From Nitrososphaeria archaeon (GTDB lineage Archaea; Thermoproteota; Nitrososphaeria; Nitrososphaerales; JARVJX01), in the NCBI GenBank assembly GCA_029775995.1, contig JARVJX010000001.1, forward strand, positions 1 to 55,804: a stretch of DNA of 55,804 bases. The letters are read 5' to 3'. Below, piece after piece: positions 36,742-46,584 of the stretch. The notes below the pieces were generated by a model. That model was not told the DNA's origin. It saw nothing but the letters and a program-made list of their open reading frames with translations, and did not search any database. Position 1 is the first letter of the stretch. Every line of letters starts with the position of its first letter. A program made the translations under genes and the position numbers.

Positions 36742-37640
36742 TGAGCTTGAGGACCCCTTCCTCTATAATAGCAGGTTATTTAGGTAGTGGAAAGACCACT
36801 TTCCTTAAAAGAGTCCTTGAAAAGGTAGAAAATAAGAGGTTAGCCATTATACTTAACGAGTTTGGAGAACTTCAGTTAGAAGGGAAGCTGATAAAGGGAA
36901 AGAATGTAAATATGGTAGAGCTTGGTGGAGGATGCGTTTGCTGCTCTTTAGCTGGAGAATTTGAGTTTGCTGTAAGGGAAATTATAAGTACCGTAAAACC
37001 AGATATGATATTGGTTGAGGCTACTGGAATAGCTGAGCCCGATTCTTTAGCAAGTTTATTTCAGCAGAGCTTACAGGAAGTTAGCTTAGATTCTATAATA
37101 ACTATAGTGGATGCCTATGCCATGGTAAAGTATCCTAGCTTAGGACATACTGGGAGGGTTCAGATAGAAATGGCCGATGTTATAATAATAAACAAAGTTG
37201 ATCTAGTTAATGAGGATGAGGTAAAAGAGGTTGAGAGAAGAGTAAGGGAAATAAATTCTAGGGCTATAATAATGAGGGCTATTAGATGTGATGTAGATAT
37301 TAATCTTATTTTAGGATTAAAGATGGACAGATATTTTAAGTTTGAGGAGCATGAGAAGCATGTAATAGAGGAAGATTTACTCAGCTTTAAAGCCCAGGGA
37401 AAGTTTGATAGAGAAAAATTTGAAGAATTTTTAGGAAGTTTGCCTGAAGAGGTCTATAGGATGAAGGGTTCAGTAATTTTTAAGGATGGAGGTTCTTACT
37501 TTGTAAATTATGTAATAGGAAGGTTTGAGCTTGAGCCCTTTTCTTCTGAGGATATCAAGTTGATCTTTGTAGGTAAAGGTATTCGAAACAAAAAAGAAGA
37601 GATAATTAGAAGGATAAAAGAAAGCTTAGAGGGAAGGTAA
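36741..37640 (+). CDS. COG0523 (CobW/Nha3/YjiA-type) G3E metallochaperone GTPase
   Basis: The P-loop is GYLGSGKTT, the metal motif is GGCVCCS (CxCC), and NKVD is present. Its ATG shares one nucleotide with the rtcB TAA (TAATG). Confidence 0.85.
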   Translation: MSLRTPSSIIAGYLGSGKTTFLKRVLEKVENKRLAIILNEFGELQLEGKLIKGKNVNMVELGGGCVCCSLAGEFEFAVREIISTVKPDMILVEATGIAEPDSLASLFQQSLQEVSLDSIITIVDAYAMVKYPSLGHTGRVQIEMADVIIINKVDLVNEDEVKEVERRVREINSRAIIMRAIRCDVDINLILGLKMDRYFKFEEHEKHVIEEDLLSFKAQGKFDREKFEEFLGSLPEEVYRMKGSVIFKDGGSYFVNYVIGRFELEPFSSEDIKLIFVGKGIRNKKEEIIRRIKESLEGR

Positions 37641-38072
37641 TTGCCTTATAAATATATTGAGGATTTATCTATAGCTGATGTAGCCTTTGAGGCTTATGGT
37701 GAAAGCTTAGAAGAGCTCTTTTTATCCTGCGCTTTAGCCATAACTAATACTATGATAAAGGATCTTAGTAAAGTGGAACCTATCTTTTTAAGGAATATAG
37801 TTCTTGAAAATGATGATATTGAGATGCTTTTATTTAACTTTCTTCAAGAACTGATCTTTTATAAAGATGCAGAAAAACTTCTCTTCTCATCCTTAAAAAT
37901 TAAGTTGAAAAAAGTTAACACAAATTATAAGTTAGAATGTGAAGCGAGAGGTGAAGAGTTGAATATGGCAAAGCATGAGCTTTTGGTGGATGTTAAAGCT
38001 GTAACCCTACACCATTTTCAAGTTAAGCTTTCAGAGGGTAGATGGATGGCTAAAGTAGTTTTAGATGTATAG
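37641..38072 (+). CDS. Archease (RtcB activator)
   Basis: The N-terminus YKYIEDLSIADVAFEAYGESLEELF and the C-terminal VKAVTLHHFQV fit the family. A TTG start follows the upstream stop directly. Confidence 0.85.
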   Translation: MPYKYIEDLSIADVAFEAYGESLEELFLSCALAITNTMIKDLSKVEPIFLRNIVLENDDIEMLLFNFLQELIFYKDAEKLLFSSLKIKLKKVNTNYKLECEARGEELNMAKHELLVDVKAVTLHHFQVKLSEGRWMAKVVLDV

Positions 38073-38847
38073 GGAATTATTTGTAAAGGTTTGGAATTAT
38101 AGAACAAGGATAATAACAAAGGGAGAAGGGAAGATAGTACTCCTTATTCATGGGTTGGGAGGTTCAGCCGATAGCTGGATTAATACCATTGAACTTTTAT
38201 CAAAGGATTTTAGGGTAATAGCCCCTGATTTAATAGGCTTTGGATATTCTGATAAGCCCGATATAAAATATACTATCGATGATTTTATAAATTTCATCTA
38301 CCATCTTCTTTATACCCTTAACCTTTCTAAGGTTTACCTTTTAGGTTTATCTCTAGGAGGTCAGATAGCCAGCTGGTTTACAATTACTTACCCAAAATTT
38401 GTGGAGAAGCTTGTTTTGGTTTGCAGTGCAGGTATAAGTTTGGAGAACACAAAAGCCCTTAAAATCTTTAAAAAGAGAGATTATTCTTTTGAAGGTATAA
38501 GAGAGAGGCTTAAAGCCTGTGTTATGAAAAAAGATTTAATAAATGATAAAATGGTTGAAGATTTTTTAAATTTCTCGAGATTTAAAGGCTTTAAAAGGGC
38601 CTTTAGTAGAGCTTTAAAATCTAGCTATGAGAAGGAAAGGCTAAACTTTCATTTAAAAAGGATTAATTGTCCAACACTAATTCTCTGGGGGAAATATGAT
38701 CCCTTAATACCTGTTAAATATGCTTATGAGTTCCATAGGGGAATAAGGAATTCGTCTCTTATCCTTTTAGACTGTGGACATTTACCAAATTTAGAAGAAC
38801 CTATTTCTTTCAATAATTATTTAAGAAATTTCTTAATTAATAGATAA
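38065..38847 (+). CDS. Alpha/beta-fold hydrolase
   Basis: Contains HGLGGS (oxyanion hole), the nucleophile elbow GLSLGG, and a C-terminal DCGH. It overlaps the archease stop by 8 nt. Confidence 0.8.
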   Translation: MYRELFVKVWNYRTRIITKGEGKIVLLIHGLGGSADSWINTIELLSKDFRVIAPDLIGFGYSDKPDIKYTIDDFINFIYHLLYTLNLSKVYLLGLSLGGQIASWFTITYPKFVEKLVLVCSAGISLENTKALKIFKKRDYSFEGIRERLKACVMKKDLINDKMVEDFLNFSRFKGFKRAFSRALKSSYEKERLNFHLKRINCPTLILWGKYDPLIPVKYAYEFHRGIRNSSLILLDCGHLPNLEEPISFNNYLRNFLINR

Positions 38848-38915
38848 AATATATTAAATTTACAACAAAATTATTTAAAGAAAGATTTTTATAGCATTAA
38901 ATAGATACCTAAGAT

Positions 38916-40418
38916 ATGAGTAAAGAACCTATTAAGTTAGATAGAAGAAAGTTCGTATATGCTGGTTTAGGTGCTGTAGCTATAGCTGCTATAGGTATAG
39001 CTGCATACTTTGCCACTAGACCTCCTGAAAAAATAGTAGAAACTGTAGTTCAGACTCAAGTTCAAACGCAAGTACAAACAGTAGAGAAGCCTGTTGAAAT
39101 AGTTAAGACGGAGGTTGTTGAAAAAACAATTCCAGCAAAAGTAGGGGAGTTAGATCTATGGTGGTATATCAGTTGGCTACCTGAAGAAAAGATTGCCACC
39201 CTTGAAGCAGTAAGAGCCTATGAAGCAGAAACGGGAAATAAAGTGAATCTAACTTTCTACCCTGCCGTTGATGTAAATCCTAAGGTTTATGCAGCCATTG
39301 AAGCAAAGAAAGTTCCAGATTTGATTCCAAACCATTATTGGTGGTTAGGACCTCAACTAGCCTATGCTGGGCAATTGGAAGATTTGAGTGATGTTGTAGA
39401 TGAATTTAAGAATGACCTTATCCCAGGTGTTATCAATGGAATTACATGGTATGACTCTAAGAAAAAAGCTACAGGTATATACGCTGTACCCTTAACCCTC
39501 GATTGCGTACTCACTCACTTCTGGAAAGACTTCTATGCAAACTCTGGGCTTGAAACACCTCCTGAAGATTGGGATGGATACTTTAGCTCCATAAAGAAAG
39601 CCCATCAAATAACTATAAAGGATGGTGTGTATGGGTTTGGATGGCCTGTAGGGGATACATCACCCAGTGATGTAGGATCAATCTTTGAACAAATTGTAAG
39701 GTCCCATGGAGGAGATATGATAACTCCTGATCTAAAACTTAATGTAGATGATCCAAAGACCAAGAAGGCTGTTATTAGTGCATTAAAGTTTTACACTGGC
39801 TTATATAAAGAGGGATTCATACCTGAAGGAGCAACAACCTGGGATGATGGTGGAAACAACAACGCTTTCCATACAAGAAAGGTTATTCAAGTGGCTAACA
39901 ATACTCTCTCCATACCTGCCTACTGGTATTCTGAGAATAAGACATATTATTACGAAAAGATGTTCACTAGGGCTTGGCCCTTTGGACCTGAAGGAGACAA
40001 GCGTCTAGAGGCTAACATAAGGGGAGTATTACTTCTTAAAGATGCACCTCATAAGGAGGCTGCTAAAGAATTCCTCAGAGTATTCATGAAGAAGTTCTAT
40101 AAGCAGTGGATAATAGGTAATGAAGGAAGATTTGTACCAACTCTTAAGAGTGTTGTGGAAGATCCCTTCTTCCAAAAGGGTAGAGTAACTACAGCTAGAC
40201 CAATTGATCCTAACTTGCCAATTCAACCTATAGCTTTAGCTACTAGACCTGTAGTACCTGCGAACTCTGTGGTACATCCAGCCTACGCTCAAGTGGTTGG
40301 ACCTGAAAACATCTGGCCTAAAACGATGATGAGAATCATAACCGAAGGTTTATCAATAGAAACTGCAGCTGAACAAGCATTAAATAGATTCAAGACAGTA
40401 TTCCAAGAGTACAAGTAA
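38916..40418 (+). CDS. ABC transporter substrate-binding protein (carbohydrate type), membrane-anchored
   Basis: It has an N-terminal transmembrane helix, a VQTQVQTQVQTV linker repeat, and about 430 aa of Trp/Tyr-rich family-1-like SBP sequence upstream of two permease genes. Confidence 0.75.
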   Translation: MSKEPIKLDRRKFVYAGLGAVAIAAIGIAAYFATRPPEKIVETVVQTQVQTQVQTVEKPVEIVKTEVVEKTIPAKVGELDLWWYISWLPEEKIATLEAVRAYEAETGNKVNLTFYPAVDVNPKVYAAIEAKKVPDLIPNHYWWLGPQLAYAGQLEDLSDVVDEFKNDLIPGVINGITWYDSKKKATGIYAVPLTLDCVLTHFWKDFYANSGLETPPEDWDGYFSSIKKAHQITIKDGVYGFGWPVGDTSPSDVGSIFEQIVRSHGGDMITPDLKLNVDDPKTKKAVISALKFYTGLYKEGFIPEGATTWDDGGNNNAFHTRKVIQVANNTLSIPAYWYSENKTYYYEKMFTRAWPFGPEGDKRLEANIRGVLLLKDAPHKEAAKEFLRVFMKKFYKQWIIGNEGRFVPTLKSVVEDPFFQKGRVTTARPIDPNLPIQPIALATRPVVPANSVVHPAYAQVVGPENIWPKTMMRIITEGLSIETAAEQALNRFKTVFQEYK

Positions 40419-40437
40419 AGAAATTAGAAATAAAGAG

Positions 40438-41304
40438 ATGAAAATAGCAAGTAGGGTGAAGAAATACCTAATTGGGTATATCTTTGCCCTCCCTTTTATT
40501 ATTTTGTTTATTTTGTTTGTAATTTATCCTCTAGGTTATACATTTTCCTTAAGCTTTTTCCGAAAGATGATTGGAACATCTCCAATCTTTGTAGGTTTTG
40601 ATAATTTTATATATCTTCTTTCTTACCCAAGCTTTAACTATGCCTTCCTCAACTCAATAGTACTTGCAGGAATAGGAGTTAACCTTAAGATGTTCCTAGC
40701 TCTAATAATGGCTGTTCTACTCAACGTAGAATTTAGGGGTAGGAGAATAATTAGAGCTCTTTTACTTCTTCCATGGGCTATACCCATGGTACCTTCATTA
40801 GTTACATGGCGCTGGATGTTGGATGCTGATTACGGTTTCTTTAATAACTCTTTTGCTTTAATGGGTCTTCCCAGAATACCCTTCTTGGGCATATATGAGA
40901 GTGCTATTAGTATGGCAGTAGTCTATCACATATGGAGAATATTACCCTTCTACACACTACTACTTCTAGCTGGGCTTCAATCTATTCCAAGAGAGATATA
41001 TGAATCTGCTGATGTGGATGGTGCAAACTGGTGGCAGAAGTTTTGGAGGGTAACCTTTCCTTTGATAAAACCCCTTTACTTAATTGCCACCCTACTTTCA
41101 ACTATATGGACCTTGGGAGATTTCACTACCATCTGGGTTCTCACAAGAGGGGCTCCTGCTGATACTACCAACGTGTTTGCAACCTTCGCCTATAAGTTTG
41201 CCTTTCAAGTAGCCAATTTTGGTGCTGCTTACGCTACTTTTGTATTTCTTCTACCTGTAATTGTGATTTTGATAATCGTGCTTCTACGAAGGATAGGTGA
41301 TTGA
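40438..41304 (+). CDS. ABC sugar transporter permease (MalF/UgpA-like)
   Basis: Six transmembrane helices and an EAA-like loop IYESADVDGANWWQKFWRVTFP. Confidence 0.85.
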   Translation: MKIASRVKKYLIGYIFALPFIILFILFVIYPLGYTFSLSFFRKMIGTSPIFVGFDNFIYLLSYPSFNYAFLNSIVLAGIGVNLKMFLALIMAVLLNVEFRGRRIIRALLLLPWAIPMVPSLVTWRWMLDADYGFFNNSFALMGLPRIPFLGIYESAISMAVVYHIWRILPFYTLLLLAGLQSIPREIYESADVDGANWWQKFWRVTFPLIKPLYLIATLLSTIWTLGDFTTIWVLTRGAPADTTNVFATFAYKFAFQVANFGAAYATFVFLLPVIVILIIVLLRRIGD

Positions 41305-42140
41305 GTTTGAAGAGAAAGTATTTAATAACCCTTTATTTTGTTCTGGCTTTTATCTTACTCTTTGAGATTTTCCCCATTTATTGGTTAGGTCTCACCTCAG
41401 TTAGGCCTATTGAAGAGCTTCTCGATCCTCAACCTTGGCCTAAGAATCCGACAGCTAGGGCTTATGTAACGGTAGTAACCTTAGATTACTTTCAGATAGA
41501 GCACTTTCATAGGCAATTACTTAATAGCATAATAATAGCTTTAGCAACTGCTGGCTTTTCTATGTTCGTATCCTCTTTAGGAGGATATAGCTTAGCAAGA
41601 ATCAGATTTCCAGGTAACACCATTGTTTCAAAGGCTGTTCTATTCACCTATATTATGCCCCCTTCTCTATTAGCAATAGCCTTCTTTGATATAATGAATA
41701 TTTACGGTTTGGTAAACACTTATCCCTCTGTAATAATAGCCATGACAGTTTTTACTACTCCTTTTGGTCTTTGGATTATGAAGCAGGCAATTAGAAGCAT
41801 ACCCATTGAAGTTGAGGAATCAGCACTAATAGATGGTGCGAATAGAGTGACCATCTTTTTTAGAATAATTATTCCCTTGACTGCACCTGTTTTAGTAGCT
41901 TTAGCAACCTATTCCTTTATTCAAGCTTGGAATGAGTATCTTTATGTGCTGGTTTTAATGTCCGATGCGAGAATGTTTACAGCTCCTGTAGCTATAGCAT
42001 CACTCCTTCAAGTCGATGAGATTCCATGGGCTCTTGTTTCAGCTATGTCAATAGTCTTCTCCATACCACCTGTGATATTCTTTTATGCTTTACAGAAATA
42101 TATGGTTGCAGGTCTTACAAGAGGCGCAGTAAAGGCTTAA
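41301..42140 (+). CDS. ABC sugar transporter permease (MalG/UgpE-like)
   Basis: EAA-like loop VEESALIDGANRVTIFFRIIIP. It overlaps the upstream permease gene. Confidence 0.85.
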   Translation: MSLKRKYLITLYFVLAFILLFEIFPIYWLGLTSVRPIEELLDPQPWPKNPTARAYVTVVTLDYFQIEHFHRQLLNSIIIALATAGFSMFVSSLGGYSLARIRFPGNTIVSKAVLFTYIMPPSLLAIAFFDIMNIYGLVNTYPSVIIAMTVFTTPFGLWIMKQAIRSIPIEVEESALIDGANRVTIFFRIIIPLTAPVLVALATYSFIQAWNEYLYVLVLMSDARMFTAPVAIASLLQVDEIPWALVSAMSIVFSIPPVIFFYALQKYMVAGLTRGAVKA

Positions 42141-42157
42141 TTAAAAGCTATGAAAAA

Positions 42158-42610
42158 TCAAATCTGCTTTTTAAGTATAGAATCCTTTTCCTTTATTAAA
42201 TAAGCCAACTCTCTTTTTCCAATCAGCTTATAATCACTTTTCATTATAAGCTCTTCAATCTTTTCCTTACAATCTCTTCTCATAAACTTTACAAAGGCTT
42301 CCCAACTTAAAATCTTTTCAGCTATTAAATTTCCCCTATCTTTCCTAACCATCAATACCCTTCCCCTTCTACAATACTTTGCAATTTCTTCTTCTACCAA
42401 TACCCTTTTGAAATGAGTAGTTTTTGCCAAATAATACTTTCCATAGGGAAGCCTTGCCCTACTTAAGGCTAAGAGGAAAAGGTAATCTTTACTCATAGCT
42501 TTCCAGTATTTATCTCCCTTTATAGCTTCAACTAAATCTCTAACTACTTGAGCCTTAGCATCCTTAAAGACCCTTTTAAAGTGTTTTAAAGAATCTATCT
42601 CCTTTCTCAT
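42158..42610 (-). CDS. Hypothetical basic protein (150 aa)
   Basis: Its start overlaps the stop of the NAD(P)HX dehydratase gene. I recognise no motif. Confidence 0.35.
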   Translation of the reverse strand: MRKEIDSLKHFKRVFKDAKAQVVRDLVEAIKGDKYWKAMSKDYLFLLALSRARLPYGKYYLAKTTHFKRVLVEEEIAKYCRRGRVLMVRKDRGNLIAEKILSWEAFVKFMRRDCKEKIEELIMKSDYKLIGKRELAYLIKEKDSILKKQI

Positions 42611-43470
42611 TCCTCAACTCTATCAAAGGGTTTTAAAATAAAGGGCAACTCATCTATTAAATCTGTAGCCATTATATGTAATCCAAGTTTCTGATAGGCC
42701 CTCTCACCAGCAATTCCATTTATATAGGCTCCAAAGACCGAAGCTATAAAGGGTTCTATCCCTTTAGCCATCAAGCCTGCTACTAAACCTGCTAAAACAT
42801 CCCCCGTTCCTCCTACCGTCATAGCTGAGCATCCTGTTTTATTTATAACTACTCGCTCACCATCAGATATTATATCGTATTTTCCCTTTAGCAAAACAAT
42901 TATATTATATTCTTTAGCCTTCTCTTTAACCATTATAGCTTTATCTTCATAATTCCCTTTAAGCTCTATATTAAAAACCCTCTTGAACTCTCCAGCATGA
43001 GGAGTTATAACACAATCTTTTCCCTTTAGCCTTTCAATAACATCCAATTGTAAGGCATCAGCATCCAAGAGAATTTTAATCTTACTCATAGAAAGCTCAT
43101 CAACTAATAGCTTCATACCATCGGTATTCTGCTTACCCAATCCTGGTCCTATAACGGAGCTATCAACCTTTTTTGGTAGCCATTTAATTAGCCTTCTAGC
43201 TGAGCCCTTGGTTAATTTAGCATCAGGTAAAGGTAAAACTATAAGGTTTGGGCTTATGGCTCTTATAGAGGGAGCGATATTTTTTGGGGTGGCTAAGTAT
43301 ACTAAATCTATACCACTTCTTAGGGCTGCTAAGGCTGCTAAGGTTGGGGCTCCATGGTAAAGCCAACTACCCCCTACTACCAAGGCTATTCCGTTATCTC
43401 CCTTTTTTGAATCGGATTTTCTAGGCTTAATAGCTTTATTTAATAGTTCTTTAGAATCTATAATCTCCAT
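42607..43470 (-). CDS. nnrD: ADP/ATP-dependent NAD(P)H-hydrate dehydratase (YjeF C-terminal family)
   Basis: Contains KGDNGIALVVGGS, PHAGEF and GGTGDVLAGL motifs. Confidence 0.88.
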   Translation of the reverse strand: MEIIDSKELLNKAIKPRKSDSKKGDNGIALVVGGSWLYHGAPTLAALAALRSGIDLVYLATPKNIAPSIRAISPNLIVLPLPDAKLTKGSARRLIKWLPKKVDSSVIGPGLGKQNTDGMKLLVDELSMSKIKILLDADALQLDVIERLKGKDCVITPHAGEFKRVFNIELKGNYEDKAIMVKEKAKEYNIIVLLKGKYDIISDGERVVINKTGCSAMTVGGTGDVLAGLVAGLMAKGIEPFIASVFGAYINGIAGERAYQKLGLHIMATDLIDELPFILKPFDRVEE

Positions 43471-43752
43471 CTAACAGGTATAAAGAAAAGAATTTATATT
43501 TATTAAGGGAATTTATCATTCTTCAGTAAATTGGGATGTACATCAATTTAATTAAAAGGGGAGATGAGGTTTTTCCTGCGGCTTACGGCTTCGATTTAGA
43601 ACTTAAGCCTAGAGTATAAGCCAAAATGTTGGAAAGAAAAGTACTTAAACTTTGAGACTATATTATAAATAACTTATTTCTTCTAGCATTTAAAAAGAAA
43701 TTTGTGGGCAAAACTTATATTTTTTGGGATAATTTCCAAAATAAGGGATAAG

Positions 43753-44000
43753 TTGGCTATAGTCAAGGTTGATAAGAGAGGAAGGATGACAATTCCAAAA
43801 GAGGTTGGATTTAGAGGCAATAGGGCTATCGTTATACCAGCTGGACATTTTTTGTTGCTATTCCGTTACCAGAGGAGTTACATAAGTATGCAGGTTCATG
43901 GCTTCCTACTAAGCGTAGTAGAGAGGAGTTAAAGAATTTAGCTGAGAGATTAGCTTTAGATGATGCTGTAAAAAGAGCTAGAAGGAGAAGACAGATTTGA
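43753..44000 (+). pseudogene. vapB: AbrB/SpoVT-type antitoxin (VapB-like) with a frameshift in a T run
   Basis: The sequence begins (TTG)AIVKVDKRGRMTIPKEVGFRGNRAIVIPAGHF. After the T6 run at 43848..43853 the sensible continuation VAIPLPEELHKYAGSWLPTKRSREELKNLAERLALDDAVKRARRRRQI-stop is in another frame. Its TGA overlaps the vapC ATG. Confidence 0.6.
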
Positions 44001-44417
44001 TGATCGAAACTGATCTATTGTATGCTTTTGTTAAGAAAGAGGATTGGCTAAAACCTACAGCCGATAGAGTTATAGAAAGAATCACCAGGGGTGATTTTGG
44101 GATTGTTTATGCTTCCAGAGAATGTCTACATGAACTTTATTATGTTTCAAGAGAAGAAGGTGTTTCTTTAGGAGAGTATATTGCGAGAGCTTCAGCTATA
44201 ACGGCTATAAAAAATTTAGAATTCCTGGAAACTACCTATGAGATAGATCTATTAGCTATCCGTTAATGAATCAATATAATATAATATAAAATCAATCTTT
44301 GACGCTTATTATGTTGCTACTGCTTTAAACCAAGTAAAGGATCCTACAATAATCTCAACGGATAATGTATATGATATGGTACCAGCTTTGAAAAGGATAG
44401 ATCCACTAACCCTCTAG
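44000..44417 (+). pseudogene. vapC: PIN-domain toxin (VapC-like), disrupted
   Basis: The N-terminal part MIETDLLYAF... ends at 44266. The C-terminal PIN part SIFDAYYVATALNQVKDPTIISTDNVYDMVPALKRIDP (44292..44417) is in another frame. An ATAAT tandem duplication and a 1-nt shift around 44262..44291 would restore ..LLAIRLMNQYNIKSIFDAYY.. Confidence 0.6.
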
Positions 44418-44744
44418 AGGGAGGAAAGAGGCTTAATAAGCACCTACTTAGGTTTAGATTAAAATGAAGGAAAAATTACAGCTAAAATGACCTAAGTACT
44501 AAACAATTTAACCTTTATTCTTTGCTTTGTCACAAAATTATTTGAATATAAGTCAAAGGTAGCTTTCTAGATATTAAGGATTTTATGAGTCATTACCCTT
44601 TCATGTAAAGGTAAGAAGGATGGTATAATTGGTTAATTTAAATTTCTTAATCTTAGAAATTGATAATGATAAGGTAAATTTTGCATAAACTATTAAATTT
44701 GCATAGGCAATTATTTTAAATCCTTCCTTCTCTTCCTATTTGGG

Positions 44745-45398
44745 ATGGATGGTAAGAACAAAATTCTTCTTTACCCTTTAGGATACATGGATTACCTTAG
44801 CTGCTGGAATCTTCAAAAGAAATTGGTGGATTTAAGGATTGAAGGTTCCATTGATGACTGTCTGATTTTAGTAGAGCATGACCACGTTTTAACTTTAGGG
44901 AGGAGAGGAAATAGAGAGAACATCGTTGAAAAAGTTTCCATACCCATTTACCAAGTGGAAAGAGGAGGGGATGTAACCTATCATGGAAAGGGTCAATTAG
45001 TAGGTTATCCCATAATCTCTTTACAGGAGAGAAGTTTAGATATAGGTAGCTATATTAGAAATTTAGAAGAAGTAATAATAAGAGCTGTAAGATTCTTTGG
45101 AATAGAGGGCTATAGAGTCACCAATCATCCTGGGGTTTGGTATAAGGAAAAAAAGTTATGCTCCATAGGTATAGCCATAAAAAAATGGGTTAGCTATCAT
45201 GGATTTGCCTTAAACGTTAATACCGATTTAAGCTACTTTAAGCTAATAAAACCCTGTGGTTTAGATAGCGATAAAATAACATCCATGAGTGAGATTCTTG
45301 GAAGAGAAGTAAATATGAACCTTATAAAGGAAAGGGTAATAGATAGCTTTGAGGAGGTCTTTAATACTAAGTTGGAGAGGGTGAGCTTTGAGAAGTGA
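44745..45398 (+). CDS. lipB: Octanoyl/lipoyl transferase LipB
   Basis: Contains LILVEHDHVLTLGRRG, ERGGDVTYHGKGQLVGYP and KLCSIGIAIKKWVSYHGFALNV. Confidence 0.88.
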   Translation: MDGKNKILLYPLGYMDYLSCWNLQKKLVDLRIEGSIDDCLILVEHDHVLTLGRRGNRENIVEKVSIPIYQVERGGDVTYHGKGQLVGYPIISLQERSLDIGSYIRNLEEVIIRAVRFFGIEGYRVTNHPGVWYKEKKLCSIGIAIKKWVSYHGFALNVNTDLSYFKLIKPCGLDSDKITSMSEILGREVNMNLIKERVIDSFEEVFNTKLERVSFEK

Positions 45399-46221
45399 AG
45401 TAATACTTTTCTCCTATACAAAGAATTTGGAAAGGGTTTGTGCCGCAGCTATGAGAAGCTGTTATTCCCCTCACTCTTCCTTCCAGCTCTTTGAGAATAA
45501 AGAAGGAAAAGTTTTACCTGATGAAAAGCCCTTTGATGATGAAAGGGTGAGCAATTTAATAAAGAAGGCCTTTGAGCTTGGACATCATGACGTTTTAGAG
45601 CATGGGGAGCTAACCTTTGATATAAGAAATGTATCAAGAGCTTTAACTCACCAATTGGTAAGGCATAGGTTAGCTAGCTTTAGTCAGCAGAGTCAGAGAT
45701 ATGTAAAGATAACGAGGAGCTTTGGCTATATTAAGCCACCATCCTTTAAAGAGCATAAAGTAAAAATGAAATTTAAGGGGATAGATTTAGAGTTGAGCTT
45801 TGAAGATGTGATAGAGTTTTGCAAATTGGCTGAGGAAGCCTTTTTAAATTTGGGAATAAAGGCTGAAGATACAAGATATTTAAGGCCAAATGCAGCCACA
45901 ACAAATATAACAACTACCATGAATCCAAGGCAACTACTACATGTTTACTCTTTAAGATGCGCTCCAGATGCCCAATGGGAGATAAGGGATTTAGCCTGGG
46001 CCATGTTCTCCTGCTCTAAGCTAATAGCTCCAACTCTCTTTAATACAATACCCATAGTTAATATACATAAAGAAGTGAAGGAAAGAAATGAGCTGCTAAA
46101 TCAAATAATAGCTGAGATAAAACCAAATTTCAAAAAAATAGGAGAGGGAGAGATTATGGAGATACCTTTAGATAGGTTAGCCCTAGAGCATGAAGTTAAA
46201 GCCTATGTAGTAAAGCTTTAG
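45388..46221 (+). CDS. thyX: Flavin-dependent thymidylate synthase ThyX
   Basis: ThyX motif RHRLASFSQQSQRY. A TTG start overlaps the lipB stop. Confidence 0.9.
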   Translation: MRSEVILFSYTKNLERVCAAAMRSCYSPHSSFQLFENKEGKVLPDEKPFDDERVSNLIKKAFELGHHDVLEHGELTFDIRNVSRALTHQLVRHRLASFSQQSQRYVKITRSFGYIKPPSFKEHKVKMKFKGIDLELSFEDVIEFCKLAEEAFLNLGIKAEDTRYLRPNAATTNITTTMNPRQLLHVYSLRCAPDAQWEIRDLAWAMFSCSKLIAPTLFNTIPIVNIHKEVKERNELLNQIIAEIKPNFKKIGEGEIMEIPLDRLALEHEVKAYVVKL

Positions 46222-46538
46222 ACCAGCTCATCCAAATCCCCTAACCTTTTTGCCATCCTTCCCTTAACCTTAAGCTCCAACTTAAAGTCTTCAGGCTTTA
46301 TAGCATCTTGAGTAACTCTTTTAACCACCAATCCACATCTATTATTTGGCATCATCTTATTTCTAAAGCAAATAGCATAGGCGCAAGAAGGCCCAAGGCA
46401 TTTATCATTTAACCAATTACACCAAATAATGCCTTGTCTAAATTGGATGGCTGGTCTATTTTTTATTATCTTCCCACATTTGAACCATACACATTTAGGC
46501 CAGCAGAAGCCTTTTTCATCTGGTCCTTCTATAGGCAA
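46218..46538 (-). CDS. Cys/Trp-rich small protein (8 Cys), probably metal-binding, of unknown family
   Basis: Cys residues lie at positions 12, 16, 21, 40, 47, 52, 57 and 68 (CWPKCVWFKC...C...C...C...C...C). It sits 46 nt downstream of the geranylgeranyl reductase gene on the same strand. Confidence 0.45.
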   Translation of the reverse strand: MPIEGPDEKGFCWPKCVWFKCGKIIKNRPAIQFRQGIIWCNWLNDKCLGPSCAYAICFRNKMMPNNRCGLVVKRVTQDAIKPEDFKLELKVKGRMAKRLGDLDELV

Positions 46539-46584
46539 TTTTTATCCGCCTTACAATCCCATTAAGAAATCATAATATATAACT

